Below, piece after piece: positions 28,177-38,218 of a DNA stretch of 64,000 bases; positions within the stretch are counted from its first letter, which is position 1; every line of letters starts with the position of its first letter. The position numbers and the translations under genes are program-made. The stretch is taken from positions 94,854-158,853 of the forward strand of contig JBBIRK010000002.1 of assembly GCA_037441845.1 (NCBI GenBank). The letters run 5' to 3'. The DNA comes from Candidatus Zixiibacteriota bacterium. GTDB lineage: Bacteria > Zixibacteria > MSB-5A5 > UBA10806 > 4484-95. Below the pieces are notes generated by a model, which did no database searches, was not told the DNA's origin, and saw nothing but the letters and a program-made list of their open reading frames with translations.

Positions 28177-29553
28177 CTAAGATTGCGCTATCGGTTCTTT
28201 TTCCTGCAAACCATACTTTTTAATCTTTTCGAAAAGAGTCGTATAGTCCACTTTCAGGATTTCCGCCGCTTTGCGCTTGTTGCCCCGCGTCTGCGCCAGC
28301 ACCCGCTTGATAAGCCCCTTTTCGGCTTCAGCTTGCGCCAGAGCGCCGACCTCTTTGAGTCCCGCCCCTTCACGTAACCTTATCTCCGCCGTCGATGGCA
28401 GTCGGATCGCCAGATGCTCGGGAGTGATGATGTTTCCGCTGCATAAGATTATGGCTCTCTCGATCGTGTTTTCCAGCTCCCGAACATTACCCGGCCAATG
28501 GTATTTCTCGAGCAATGCCAACGAATCTTTGGAAAGCCTCTTGGTCTTTTTATTCATCTCCCGGCAATATTTATCGATAAAATAGGTTGCCAGATGAGGG
28601 ATATCCTCGGTGCGCTCCCGCAAGGGTGGTATCGTTATCGGAAATACCGAAAGCCGATAATATAAATCTTCCCTGAATTTCTTGGCGGCTATCGCTTCCT
28701 TGAGATCGACGTTCGAGGCCGCGATCAGCCTGACATCGACCGAAATTACCTTCGTTCCCCCGAGGCGCTCGAAATTCTTCTCCTGAAGCACTCTCAGCAG
28801 TTTGGCTTGAAGCGCGATATCGAGGTCGCCGACTTCGTCGAGAAAGATCGAACCTCCGTTGGCGATCTCGAATTTCCCCATCTTCCGGGCAACCGACCCG
28901 GTATAAGCCCCCCGCTCCGATCCGAATAACTCGTTTTCGAGCAATTCATGGGGTATGGCGGCGCAGTTTATAGTCACATAGGGCCCTTTACTTCGATTCG
29001 ACAATTGATGTATCGCCCGGGCGAATAGCTCTTTGCCGGTGCCCGATTCGCCAAGAAAAAGAACCGTCGTATCCGATTCGGCCACCTTGCGCGCAAGACT
29101 GGAAACTTCCTTTATCTTCTCCGAAACCCCGATAATCTCCCCGAACCCGTGATTCAGCTCCTCGCGCAACAGGCTGTTTTCCGCCACCAGCCGACGATTT
29201 TCGAGCGCCCTCTTGATAATCACGGAAAGATGATCGGTATCGAACGGTTTGGTTAAAAAATCAAACGCCCCCAAGCGCATGGCTTCCACCGCGGTCTCGA
29301 TCGTACCGAAAGCGGTCATGACAATCACCGGAGCCTCAGGGTCATGCTCTTTAACTTGAGATAATACTTCGATTCCATCAAGAGAAGGCAGCTTCAGGTC
29401 CGTTAGAATGACATCGAACCGCTTTTCTTTGACCTTTTCCAGCCCGGCTTTGCCGTCGCTGACCGCCTCCACCTCATACCCCTCGGATTCGAGTGTGGCC
29501 GCCAGCATCCTCTGCATGCTGTCTTTATCTTCAATAACCAGAACTGAAGGCAT
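28177..29553 (-). CDS. Sigma-54-dependent response regulator (NtrC family: REC, AAA+ sigma-54 activation, Fis-type HTH)
   Basis: 458 aa. Receiver Asp in DVILTDLKLP. Walker A GESGTGKE. A GAFTGA-like (ESELFGHEKGAFTGA-type) region. C-terminal HTH. Confidence 0.9.
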   Translation of the reverse strand: MPSVLVIEDKDSMQRMLAATLESEGYEVEAVSDGKAGLEKVKEKRFDVILTDLKLPSLDGIEVLSQVKEHDPEAPVIVMTAFGTIETAVEAMRLGAFDFLTKPFDTDHLSVIIKRALENRRLVAENSLLREELNHGFGEIIGVSEKIKEVSSLARKVAESDTTVLFLGESGTGKELFARAIHQLSNRSKGPYVTINCAAIPHELLENELFGSERGAYTGSVARKMGKFEIANGGSIFLDEVGDLDIALQAKLLRVLQEKNFERLGGTKVISVDVRLIAASNVDLKEAIAAKKFREDLYYRLSVFPITIPPLRERTEDIPHLATYFIDKYCREMNKKTKRLSKDSLALLEKYHWPGNVRELENTIERAIILCSGNIITPEHLAIRLPSTAEIRLREGAGLKEVGALAQAEAEKGLIKRVLAQTRGNKRKAAEILKVDYTTLFEKIKKYGLQEKEPIAQS

Positions 29554-29607
29554 ATTTACACCTGTATGCGGTATATCGGCAGATTTTGGGCGGCTCTTAA
29601 GCTGCGT

Positions 29608-30249
29608 TCAGGGTTTGCAGTTGCGGCAGGGCGAAAGACCCCGGCGTAAGGCCTGGTCACGGTCGTCTATTTTCACGATTTTACGCCGTTCCACATTTTT
29701 CATGGAGGTGCACAGGGGACGATGAAAGCGAAACGAGCCTTTTATCTGGCAATAGTAAGCTTCAGCCTTCGGCGGCTTCAGCGACCAAATGCCCAGATGC
29801 TCATCCATAGCCAGATTCTGAAGGTTGAGATATCTATCGCGCAAGTGGGCGTTATCGTCGAAAAGATACAAATACCCCAGTCCTGCCCGCAAAATCCTGG
29901 CGCCCACATTGATAGTATCGACGAACACCTCCGCCAGAAGTCGCCCGTAGCGGTCTCCCTTGCCGGTCATTTTAAGCGAAACCTGTTTGTTCAAAATCAG
30001 GTCGCTTAAAAAAGCCGTGGCTGCCGCGTAGAGCGTTTCTCCCTGCTCCGGCGTATCAATCCCCGAAATCCGGATCTTTGCGCCGTCGGACATCATAAAT
30101 GTATCGCCGTCGATAATCCGCGCCACTACGGTTTCGGTCGTTTGGGGCTGGGGCGATTCCTGCTTCTGCGAACATGAATACGCCAGCAACACCGCCAGAA
30201 TCAGCGGTATCGAGAAGCGCCGCAGAATCGATAAACCTGATGAGGTCAT
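29608..30249 (-). CDS. Secreted thermonuclease (SNase-like) fused to a C-terminal Ada-type zinc-binding domain
   Basis: 213 aa. Signal peptide. SNase core IIDGDTF...IRISGIDTPE...GRLLAEV. C-terminal FHRPLCTS...LSPCRNCKP resembles the Ada N-terminal Cys4 metal-binding fold. Confidence 0.65.
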   Translation of the reverse strand: MTSSGLSILRRFSIPLILAVLLAYSCSQKQESPQPQTTETVVARIIDGDTFMMSDGAKIRISGIDTPEQGETLYAAATAFLSDLILNKQVSLKMTGKGDRYGRLLAEVFVDTINVGARILRAGLGYLYLFDDNAHLRDRYLNLQNLAMDEHLGIWSLKPPKAEAYYCQIKGSFRFHRPLCTSMKNVERRKIVKIDDRDQALRRGLSPCRNCKP

Positions 30250-30968
30250 CGTTTCGTCAACCTGTATATCGCTGCTATTCCTCCGAGCAGGTCTTCATAG
30301 CCGCCCTCCAGTCCGCCCTGGCTCAGCCGCCGCAGCGCCTCCGGCTGTGAATAAAAAATCCGCAGCGAGGCCGGCAGATAGCGATAGGCGTATTTCTTCC
30401 GGGTGAAAAGGCGCGACAATAAAGGTATAATTTTATAGAAATAAATATAGAACAAGCGCGCATAAATTTTCCTGCGCGGGTGGGCGACATCCAGTAGCGA
30501 AACCTTGCCGCCGCTGCGGAGAACGGAATCAAGCTCGAGCGCGAAACTTTCCAGACGGCTCAGGTTTCTCAAAGAAAATCCGCTGATCGCTCCATCGAAC
30601 ACCGCCGGTTTGAACGGCAAATGATCGGCATCGGCGATAACGTAAAAAACCGCCCGGCCATTTCCCGATTCTATCCCCTTTAGTTTGTCGATCGCGATCC
30701 GAAGCATTCGCGGAGACAGATCCGTCAACACAACCGTGCCGGTGAAATCGCGGGCCCCCAAAAGCTCTTTGGCCATATCCCCGGTTCCCGCGCAGATATC
30801 GAGAACCAACGAATCGCCCCTGTGCGGCCTCACCGCGCGTCTTCGAAATACGCCGTCAAGACCGAACGAAATCACCCTATTGAGCAGATCGTAACGATCG
30901 CTTATATCCTCGAACATTCTGACGATGAACTGTTTTTTCGTCGATTTCGGCGGTATCGGTGATTCCAT
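30246..30968 (-). CDS. Class I SAM-dependent methyltransferase, UbiE/MenG family (demethylmenaquinone/ubiquinone methyltransferase-like)
   Basis: 240 aa. N-terminus VRMFEDISDRYDLLNRVISFG is diagnostic of UbiE/MenG. SAM motif I LDICAGTGD. Confidence 0.8.
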   Translation of the reverse strand: MESPIPPKSTKKQFIVRMFEDISDRYDLLNRVISFGLDGVFRRRAVRPHRGDSLVLDICAGTGDMAKELLGARDFTGTVVLTDLSPRMLRIAIDKLKGIESGNGRAVFYVIADADHLPFKPAVFDGAISGFSLRNLSRLESFALELDSVLRSGGKVSLLDVAHPRRKIYARLFYIYFYKIIPLLSRLFTRKKYAYRYLPASLRIFYSQPEALRRLSQGGLEGGYEDLLGGIAAIYRLTKR

Positions 30969-31012
30969 GACGTTCCTGAAATATGCGGATTAACGAGGAA
31001 ATAGGTCGGGCG

Positions 31013-32062
31013 CTAAAAAGCCCGATTGATCATGAATTCGGTCATTTCATTGATTATAACGCATTGTTGTCGATCTATATCTTTCTCGATACTCGCGAAA
31101 ACGGCTCGGGCGTTGGTCGCCAGCTCGACCGAAGTTTTTATCGCGCTTTCTATCGATCCGTAGCGCCGAATCAGCTTCATCATTTCATTGATATCCTCGG
31201 CGCTTTTTTCGTGGCGGGGCATATCGAGCGTGCGGATCAGAAATCTCCTTTCTTCCGGCGATGCCTTTTCCATGAGATCGATCGTGATCAACGTCCGTTT
31301 TCCTTCCCAAAGATCGCCGAGGATTTCTTTGCCGTATTTTTTTTCGTCGCCGGCGAGATTTAGCACGTCGTCTTGAATCTGAAAAGCAACGCCCACCTCG
31401 GAGCCGAACCTGAAAATCGTTTCTTTATGCCGACCATCGGCGCCGGCTATCAGCGCCCCGGTCCAGGCCGGGGTTATACAGGTGTACCAGGCCGTTTTCC
31501 GCCTGCACATATTGAAATAATCGTCACGGGTGAGATCCCAGCGCTTGTTTTTCACCCACGACAATTCGATATGCTGCCCCGCGGTGGTCTCGCTGTACAT
31601 GTGCAAAAACTGCTCGATCACGTCGAGCGCGGCTTTATCCCCCATCACCTTGCGGTTGTTGGCCAGAAATTCCCACATCTTGCCGGCCAGCGCGTCGCCG
31701 GCATTGAGCGCAAGCGGTATGCCGTGCTTGACATGAAGCGCCGGCAGCCCCCTGCGCAATTCCGAACCGTCCTCGATATCGTCGTGGATCACGATCCAAT
31801 TCTGAAACAATTCGAGAGCGGCGGCGGTGTTGAGCGCCTTCTCCTCCGATCCGCCGAAAGCACGGCAGAATATCAGCAATATCGATGGTCTCAGCCCTTT
31901 GCCGATTCGGCTCGGATAATCCTTCATCATTTCATACAGGCTGCCTATTTCGGGAATCTCATGATCGCTGGGAAGATTGGCGAATATGAATTCATTGACG
32001 AGAGTTTTGTATTTTTGAAGGGTTTGTTCGAACAGGGTCATGAGGGGAATTTTAGGCCGCAC
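31013..32062 (-). CDS. Polyprenyl diphosphate synthase (trans-isoprenyl diphosphate synthase family)
   Basis: 349 aa. First aspartate-rich motif HDDIEDGSELRRG. Second motif FQIQDDVLN. Confidence 0.8.
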   Translation of the reverse strand: MRPKIPLMTLFEQTLQKYKTLVNEFIFANLPSDHEIPEIGSLYEMMKDYPSRIGKGLRPSILLIFCRAFGGSEEKALNTAAALELFQNWIVIHDDIEDGSELRRGLPALHVKHGIPLALNAGDALAGKMWEFLANNRKVMGDKAALDVIEQFLHMYSETTAGQHIELSWVKNKRWDLTRDDYFNMCRRKTAWYTCITPAWTGALIAGADGRHKETIFRFGSEVGVAFQIQDDVLNLAGDEKKYGKEILGDLWEGKRTLITIDLMEKASPEERRFLIRTLDMPRHEKSAEDINEMMKLIRRYGSIESAIKTSVELATNARAVFASIEKDIDRQQCVIINEMTEFMINRAF

Positions 32063-32116
32063 ACCCCAAAAGTCAACCGCTTTTTGCCGTCGAGCAATCG
32101 ACCGATCGTGATCCGA

Positions 32117-34270
32117 TCACCCTCGTGCAGGATTGGAAATCCCCTTCTCCTGCGCTTTCACGGACCCGGATAAAACTGTATCGAGCAGCGATTTTATTTT
32201 GCCCATTTCAAACGGCTTCGCCAATATCGCATCGAGCCCACCCTTGGCCGCGGTTTCCTCATCGATTTGATTTCCCCATCCGGAAATCATGATAACCGGA
32301 ATCTCAGGGCGTAATTCCTTGCAGATCCGCGTCACGTCCCAGCCGCTCAGACCGGGCATACCCAAATCGGTGATCACCAGATCGAAAGGTTGCTGGCGGA
32401 ACAATTCCACCCCGCGGTCGCCGGACGATGCCGAACACACCTGATGTCCCAGATATTCGAGCATATCGGAAACGACTTCCCTGATATTATCGTCGTCATC
32501 GATCAACAGGATACGCGCCTTATGCACTTCCTTGACCGCAGGCTGTTGCTTTTCCTCTTTGGCTATTTCTTTGGCCAACGGAATCGTGATAATGATGGTC
32601 GTTCCCACGCCAACTTTGGAACTGACGTCGATTTCGCCCTTGTGCCTGCCGATCACGCCGTAGGCAACCGACATCCCCATCCCCGTCCCCTGCTTTCCCT
32701 TGGTGGTGAAAAACGGGAAAAAGATCCGTTTGAGAGTGGCTTCATCCATGCCGATACCGTTATCCTCGATCCGGACCACGGCGTTCTGTTCACGGCTGAT
32801 AGCCTCGATACGGATTACGCCGCCTTTCGCCAGAGCATCGACCGAGTTCAAAATAAGATTGGAGAACGCCTCGACCAGTTCAGAGGAGTTCCCGAGAATC
32901 GGTAAACGAGGTTCATGCTCGTAACGCAGCTCGATAACTGTCCCCACCTTCTGGCATTCGTCTTTCCATCGAGGACGGGTCATCTCGATCGAGTCTTGAA
33001 TGACCCGCACCAGATCGATCATTTCGTAACCGCTGCCCGAGGATACCCGCGTGAAATTCTGCATCCGCTGAACCGTCTTGGCGCCCGCCAGCGTGACTTT
33101 CTCGATCTGCCTCAGATGCTCGGCGATCTGATCGTCTTTGACCACACGCAACAACAGCTGAGTGCGGCCGAGAATGGTCCCGAGAATGTTATTGAAATCG
33201 TGCGCCACCCCACCGGCCATTTCGCCCAATGCCCGTAGTTTCTCGGTCATTATCAATTGCTCCTGCGTATTGGCCAACTCCTGATAAGCTTTCTCCAGGC
33301 TCTCGTACAGTTTGGCGTTTTCGATCGCATCGGCGGTTTGGCGGGCGAATATGGTCAATATATCGAGATCCTCCTGCTTGAATACTTTGCAGCGATACGA
33401 ACGCAACGTAATGACCCCGATAACTTCCCCGGACCAGGTGAGAGGAGCACAGATCAAAGATTCGGGATCGTCGGGCGTCCCCGGAACCTGTATAGCGCGG
33501 GGATCGACATGACTTTGATTGGAAATCAGCCCGATCCCCGACTTGGCTACCAGGCCGGTCAAGCCCTCGCCCACTTTCAAGCGTATCCTGGCGATCTGCT
33601 CGGAATGCTTGGGATCTATGGTCACCAGCGGAGACAAAATGCCGCTTTTTTTATCGAGTATAAAAATCGAACCGCCGTCCGCCCCTACAATATCCATAGA
33701 GAGACGAACCGCTTTTTCCAGAACTTCTTTATAGTTCAGCGAGGAATAGATTGCAGTGGAAAGCTCAAGCAACGCCGCCAGCTTGGCATTCGATTCTTTA
33801 CCCTTGTCTTCCTTCAACGACAGCTTGAGCGAAAGCGCAGTCTGTTCGGTGATCAAAGCCGCCTTATCGAACGTATTTATCGTATAATCCTGCGGCGTCT
33901 TCTCCCACCCCCAAACCAGAAAACCGCAGCCATGCGATTCCATGTCGAAAGGAACCGCCAGCACATTGCGACATTTGAGTTTCCTGCGAAATACGGCCAC
34001 CGGAAGAAAGTCGTCGCGGTCGAAAATGGGCAAAGTGCCATCGGCCTCGCGGCAGGTCCTGCGTTTCAGGCAAGACTCACGAGCTGCGGCCCTGATTTCA
34101 CTCAGCAGTTCTCCAATTTCCAAATTATCGGGTTTTTCGTTGATGAACAACTGACCGTTCTGGAAATCAGAGTCGAATATGACCAGCGCGAAATAATCGG
34201 CCGCAAGAATACGAAGCGCCCTCGTGGAAACCGCATTGAAGATGGAAATGACCGTATCTTTATCCGGCAT
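32117..34270 (-). CDS. Hybrid sensor histidine kinase/response regulator with tandem GAF domains
   Basis: 717 aa. GAF region. HisKA H-box AHDFNNIL. HATPase N/G boxes (NLILNSVDA, GTGMGM). C-terminal REC domain. Confidence 0.85.
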   Translation of the reverse strand: MPDKDTVISIFNAVSTRALRILAADYFALVIFDSDFQNGQLFINEKPDNLEIGELLSEIRAAARESCLKRRTCREADGTLPIFDRDDFLPVAVFRRKLKCRNVLAVPFDMESHGCGFLVWGWEKTPQDYTINTFDKAALITEQTALSLKLSLKEDKGKESNAKLAALLELSTAIYSSLNYKEVLEKAVRLSMDIVGADGGSIFILDKKSGILSPLVTIDPKHSEQIARIRLKVGEGLTGLVAKSGIGLISNQSHVDPRAIQVPGTPDDPESLICAPLTWSGEVIGVITLRSYRCKVFKQEDLDILTIFARQTADAIENAKLYESLEKAYQELANTQEQLIMTEKLRALGEMAGGVAHDFNNILGTILGRTQLLLRVVKDDQIAEHLRQIEKVTLAGAKTVQRMQNFTRVSSGSGYEMIDLVRVIQDSIEMTRPRWKDECQKVGTVIELRYEHEPRLPILGNSSELVEAFSNLILNSVDALAKGGVIRIEAISREQNAVVRIEDNGIGMDEATLKRIFFPFFTTKGKQGTGMGMSVAYGVIGRHKGEIDVSSKVGVGTTIIITIPLAKEIAKEEKQQPAVKEVHKARILLIDDDDNIREVVSDMLEYLGHQVCSASSGDRGVELFRQQPFDLVITDLGMPGLSGWDVTRICKELRPEIPVIMISGWGNQIDEETAAKGGLDAILAKPFEMGKIKSLLDTVLSGSVKAQEKGISNPARG

Positions 34271-37200
34271 GGCTGTATTCCACTCCGTATATGCTTAATC
34301 TGCCGACCAGGGTATTGAAACGATCCTGATCCGAAGGCATCCCTTTCAAATAAAACGTTTCTTTCCAATCGGCGCCGAATCCGCTTGTTCGCGATTTATC
34401 CGAAATCACCGAGATAATCGGCAAATTCCAGTATTCGACCTTCAACTGCTTAATCAGGTTCGACGCTTCGCCGCCGAACGAATCGATATCGACCAGAACA
34501 GCGCGGATCGATTTCGTCTTGAGCAACCGCCCAAGGCTTTTTATATCCGCAGCTTTTTCGCCGCGATTGCCCGACTGTAAGATCAATCTCGATATATTTT
34601 CGCAAAACGATTCGGACCCGCTCAAAATGGCGAAAACGAGCCCGCCGCCCATAATTCGTGATTCCGTGAACTTGGGCAAAACTATATTGAATGTCGTCCC
34701 CTTGCCCGGGTCGCTTTCAACCGTTATTTCACCGCCATGTCCCTTGATAATCGCATCGACCATGGTCAAACCGAGTCCGGTTCCGCTCCGGCCCTTAGTC
34801 GTGAAGAAAGGATCGAATATTCTTTTGACCACTTGGGGCTCCATGCCGGACCCGTTGTCCGAAACCGATATTCTAATTTCGTGATCGCCGGCTTCGGCGG
34901 CGACTTCGATTTTACCCGCTTTTTCGATAGCGTCGGCGGCGTTCAAGATCAGGTTGTTGAACACCTCGATCATCTGCGTCCGATCGCCTTTCGCCCGAAG
35001 ATCGCCGCCGAATTTCGTGGAAATCTCGATCGATTTGCGGCAACCGGGATCCTCCCAGCGCGAACGAGCCATTTCGATCGAATCGTTTATTATCTCCTTG
35101 AGATTTAACTGCGTAAATATCGCTTCACTCTTGTTCTTGGCGAATTCGTTTATCCGCGATAAAATGTTGACGCCGTCGGTCGCTGATTTCTCGATCACAT
35201 TCAACCCTTTGATTATCGTTTCTTCGGGAAGCGTCCCTTTTTCCGCCAGCCCATGGCGAAGAAGTTGCGCCCGCCCGACCACGGCCGCCAAAATGTTCTT
35301 GAAATCGTGCGCGATGCCAGCCGCCACCTCGCCCAAGGCTTTCAACTTCTCGGCCTGTATCAATTTCTCTTGGGTTTCGTTCAGTCTGATATAAGCGTCT
35401 TTGACCTCACCGTAAAGCTGGGCGTTATTGAGAGCGATTTCGAGATGCGCCGAAACATCTCTCAACAAATCCTTATCCTGCTTGCTGAACCCCTCGGCTC
35501 TGGTATTGCCCACGATAAGGAATCCCTTGATGGCGCCCCGCTGCCTGATCGGGCAGATCGCCAGATGATTGATCCCCCGCGAAAGAAATCCATCGCGCGC
35601 CCTGACTGCGGTTTCCAAACCTCCCGCAGGCACGAACAGCGACTCGCCGGACGCCAGCACCTTCTCGAATTCGGCCTTAAGGCTTTCGGCGTCGATCACA
35701 CCGCCCGCGCCATGGGAATCGCCGCTTTTTACCATATACTCGGAATGAACCGCATAACCGGTCTCGCTCCTGATTACCAGAACCGACATGTTGAAGTCGG
35801 TTAATTCCGACATCGTCTTTGCGATCCGATGAAACAGCTCGTCTATTTCGAGCGTGGCCGAGATCGCTTGATATATGCGATCGACCAACGCCAGCCGGTT
35901 TGCCTTCTCCAAAATCCCGCGATACAGCTTGATATTGCTGATCGCCACCGCCAAAAATTCGGCGAAAGTCTGTATCGTGGAAACATCGATGGCAGAAAAC
36001 GAACTCAGACGCCGATCGTTCAAATCGAGGACGCCGAAAAAGTCGTAACCGGCTATCAACGGCAGGCAGAAACGCGACTTTATACCTTCGATTGAATCGG
36101 TCTCCTGTGCGGCTCGCTTTTCATCGGCAAGTATATTCGACATCTGCAGAGCCGCCTTGCCCACCAGGCCCTCGCCCATTTGGAAACTTGTCCCAGGTTC
36201 ATACCCGTCGCCGTAGCGGCAACTCTGTTTTACCAAACTCAAAGCTCCGTTTTCGGTGGGCATGAATACGGCCGCATGATCGAAACCGAATCCCTCGGTC
36301 AATCCTTTCACCGCCTCCTCGAGTAACTGACCTTCGTCCAGCACTCCCGAAAGCCGTTTCACCAGCCCATTGATCAGAGCCAGCTTTTGCATCCTTTCTT
36401 TTTCGAGCTGTTTCAGTTTGATTTTTTCGTAAGCCGCCGCTACCTGATCCGCAATCGATGCCAGCAGATCTTCCTCACGCTTACCGAATGCGTATTTCTG
36501 ACGCGACTCCACATCGAGAACACCCACTACGATACCGTTGAGGATCACGGGGACTGCCAGTTCCGAGGCCGTATTGCCGGTGGAAACGACGAATCGATCG
36601 TCTTTGCTCACGTCCCCCACATTGATTATTTTGCCGGTGGCCGCCGCGAATCCGGTTATCCCCTCCTTGCCTATCGCCAGCCTTTTTCCGAATTCGATCT
36701 TTGGACAATCACCGGTCATCGAGGTCAGGCAAAGCTCGTCCGTGGCGAAATCCCTCGTGAAAAACGAACAAGTCGAAAAATTGAAATTTTCCGAAATCGC
36801 CTTAAGCACCTTTTCGAAAAACGGAATCAGATCAAGATCGGAATTCAACGCCTGCCCCACGTCGAACATGGTCTTGATTTGGGCGACCTTGTCGGTGACC
36901 ATCAGATAAAGCCTGGCGTTGGCGATCGCCGCCGCCGCCTGAGCCACCAGCGCCGCACTAAGATCAACCACCTCATTATCCAAACGGGCCCGTTCGGCCG
37001 TCCTCTGCTCGACCATGATAAGAATTCCGGTCAACTTTCCGGCATGCTTCAACGGCGCTATCAACGTCTTGGCGCTTCCCTTGATTTTAAGCACCGCGGC
37101 GTGGCTATCGGGAATTTTGGCGATCTCCTCGGCCTCGAGCAGAATCGGCGATCCCAACATCACCACTTCTTGCAGCCACGCCATATCGTCCACGTTCAAC

Positions 37201-38213
37201 TTCCGCTCCTCGGGGGCGAATATCTCGCCTCCGCGTTCGGAATAATAGGTCTGCACATACATTTCTTTGCCGGAATCCGAATTCAGCATGACATAGCTGA
37301 AACTGCAACCGAACGCTTGCCCGAGATACGTCACCAAAACCCGACAAACTTCATCGAGCTCGAGCGACGACGATATGGCAAGCGAGGTGTTCACCAGCAT
37401 CGCGTTTTTCTTGTTTTCCTTTTCGATCAAGCGTTCTTTATGATGGTTTTCGTAGAACCATCCGGCGGCGATCCCGATAAAATCAAGTTTCGGAAAAAAG
37501 GCTTCCCGGTTCGTCGGAATGCGCTTATGGGCGAAAATAAGGATTCCGGCGAACTGGCGGTTAGGCATCAGCGGCACCAGCCAGGCCGCGCTGTATTCCT
37601 TGAACATGGCGGCGACCGGCGATGGCAATTGTCTTGGGTCATCATAATAACGCGGCACTTCATAACGGGAAATTTCTTTCATCAAACCTTCGGGGTCTAT
37701 CGTCAGACGATCGGACGGCTCGTATGCGAGATTGTTGAACCCTTTCAAGGACAACTTGCCGTTCTGATCCAGAACGAACGCAGCCGCAGCATCGAACCCG
37801 AGATGTTCGCAGGCGAGCCCGAGAAGGTGGCAATAGCCGGCGACGAATGTTTTATCCTCGCCTATGTTGTCTTTGATCAGCTGAAAAAGATGTATGACTC
37901 CGGTGCCGATTCCGCTGGTGGTGCCGGGCCTGAACTCTATTCCGATCGCATCGGTCGAATTGCCTGCCTCGCCTTCTTCATTCGTCGATCTATGCAATCT
38001 GCCGAGAATCCTATCGACCGCCGAATAAAGTATCGCCCCCAGAGCGATCCCGAGCGGCAGATAAATCAAATCCGCTCGCCTTAAACCCGTTTCCGTGCCT
38101 AATACCGCGCAGCCGAGGATAAGGAGGATAATGCCGAATGAGCGTATCGGCATAGTCCAATTCCGAAACGGACCGCCGGCAAGCGATTGCGAAACATCTT
38201 TCCCCCTAAGCAT
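34260..38213 (-). CDS. Large multi-GAF membrane sensor histidine kinase with degenerate C-terminal receiver-like domain
   Basis: 1317 aa. N-terminal TM helices. At least four GAF-like segments. H-box AHDFKNIL. HATPase GTGLGL. About 170-aa C-terminal extension. Confidence 0.8.
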   Translation of the reverse strand: MLRGKDVSQSLAGGPFRNWTMPIRSFGIILLILGCAVLGTETGLRRADLIYLPLGIALGAILYSAVDRILGRLHRSTNEEGEAGNSTDAIGIEFRPGTTSGIGTGVIHLFQLIKDNIGEDKTFVAGYCHLLGLACEHLGFDAAAAFVLDQNGKLSLKGFNNLAYEPSDRLTIDPEGLMKEISRYEVPRYYDDPRQLPSPVAAMFKEYSAAWLVPLMPNRQFAGILIFAHKRIPTNREAFFPKLDFIGIAAGWFYENHHKERLIEKENKKNAMLVNTSLAISSSLELDEVCRVLVTYLGQAFGCSFSYVMLNSDSGKEMYVQTYYSERGGEIFAPEERKLNVDDMAWLQEVVMLGSPILLEAEEIAKIPDSHAAVLKIKGSAKTLIAPLKHAGKLTGILIMVEQRTAERARLDNEVVDLSAALVAQAAAAIANARLYLMVTDKVAQIKTMFDVGQALNSDLDLIPFFEKVLKAISENFNFSTCSFFTRDFATDELCLTSMTGDCPKIEFGKRLAIGKEGITGFAAATGKIINVGDVSKDDRFVVSTGNTASELAVPVILNGIVVGVLDVESRQKYAFGKREEDLLASIADQVAAAYEKIKLKQLEKERMQKLALINGLVKRLSGVLDEGQLLEEAVKGLTEGFGFDHAAVFMPTENGALSLVKQSCRYGDGYEPGTSFQMGEGLVGKAALQMSNILADEKRAAQETDSIEGIKSRFCLPLIAGYDFFGVLDLNDRRLSSFSAIDVSTIQTFAEFLAVAISNIKLYRGILEKANRLALVDRIYQAISATLEIDELFHRIAKTMSELTDFNMSVLVIRSETGYAVHSEYMVKSGDSHGAGGVIDAESLKAEFEKVLASGESLFVPAGGLETAVRARDGFLSRGINHLAICPIRQRGAIKGFLIVGNTRAEGFSKQDKDLLRDVSAHLEIALNNAQLYGEVKDAYIRLNETQEKLIQAEKLKALGEVAAGIAHDFKNILAAVVGRAQLLRHGLAEKGTLPEETIIKGLNVIEKSATDGVNILSRINEFAKNKSEAIFTQLNLKEIINDSIEMARSRWEDPGCRKSIEISTKFGGDLRAKGDRTQMIEVFNNLILNAADAIEKAGKIEVAAEAGDHEIRISVSDNGSGMEPQVVKRIFDPFFTTKGRSGTGLGLTMVDAIIKGHGGEITVESDPGKGTTFNIVLPKFTESRIMGGGLVFAILSGSESFCENISRLILQSGNRGEKAADIKSLGRLLKTKSIRAVLVDIDSFGGEASNLIKQLKVEYWNLPIISVISDKSRTSGFGADWKETFYLKGMPSDQDRFNTLVGRLSIYGVEYSHAG

Positions 38214-38218
38214 ACGAA

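Noticed and set aside
29608-30968. Possible restriction-modification-like pair (nuclease plus methyltransferase)
   Set aside because: The methyltransferase has the UbiE/MenG N-terminal signature and no DNA MTase motifs (DPPY/NPPY, or PCQ plus ENV). The nuclease is a secreted SNase.
36387-38084. 565-aa plus-strand ORF inside the 1317-aa GAF histidine kinase gene
   Set aside because: It is antisense to a gene with unambiguous H-box and HATPase motifs. Its Arg/His-rich composition with no motifs marks it as a spurious high-GC frame. The same holds for the 33257-34318, 52362-53555, 57931-58821 and 54638-55411 antisense ORFs.
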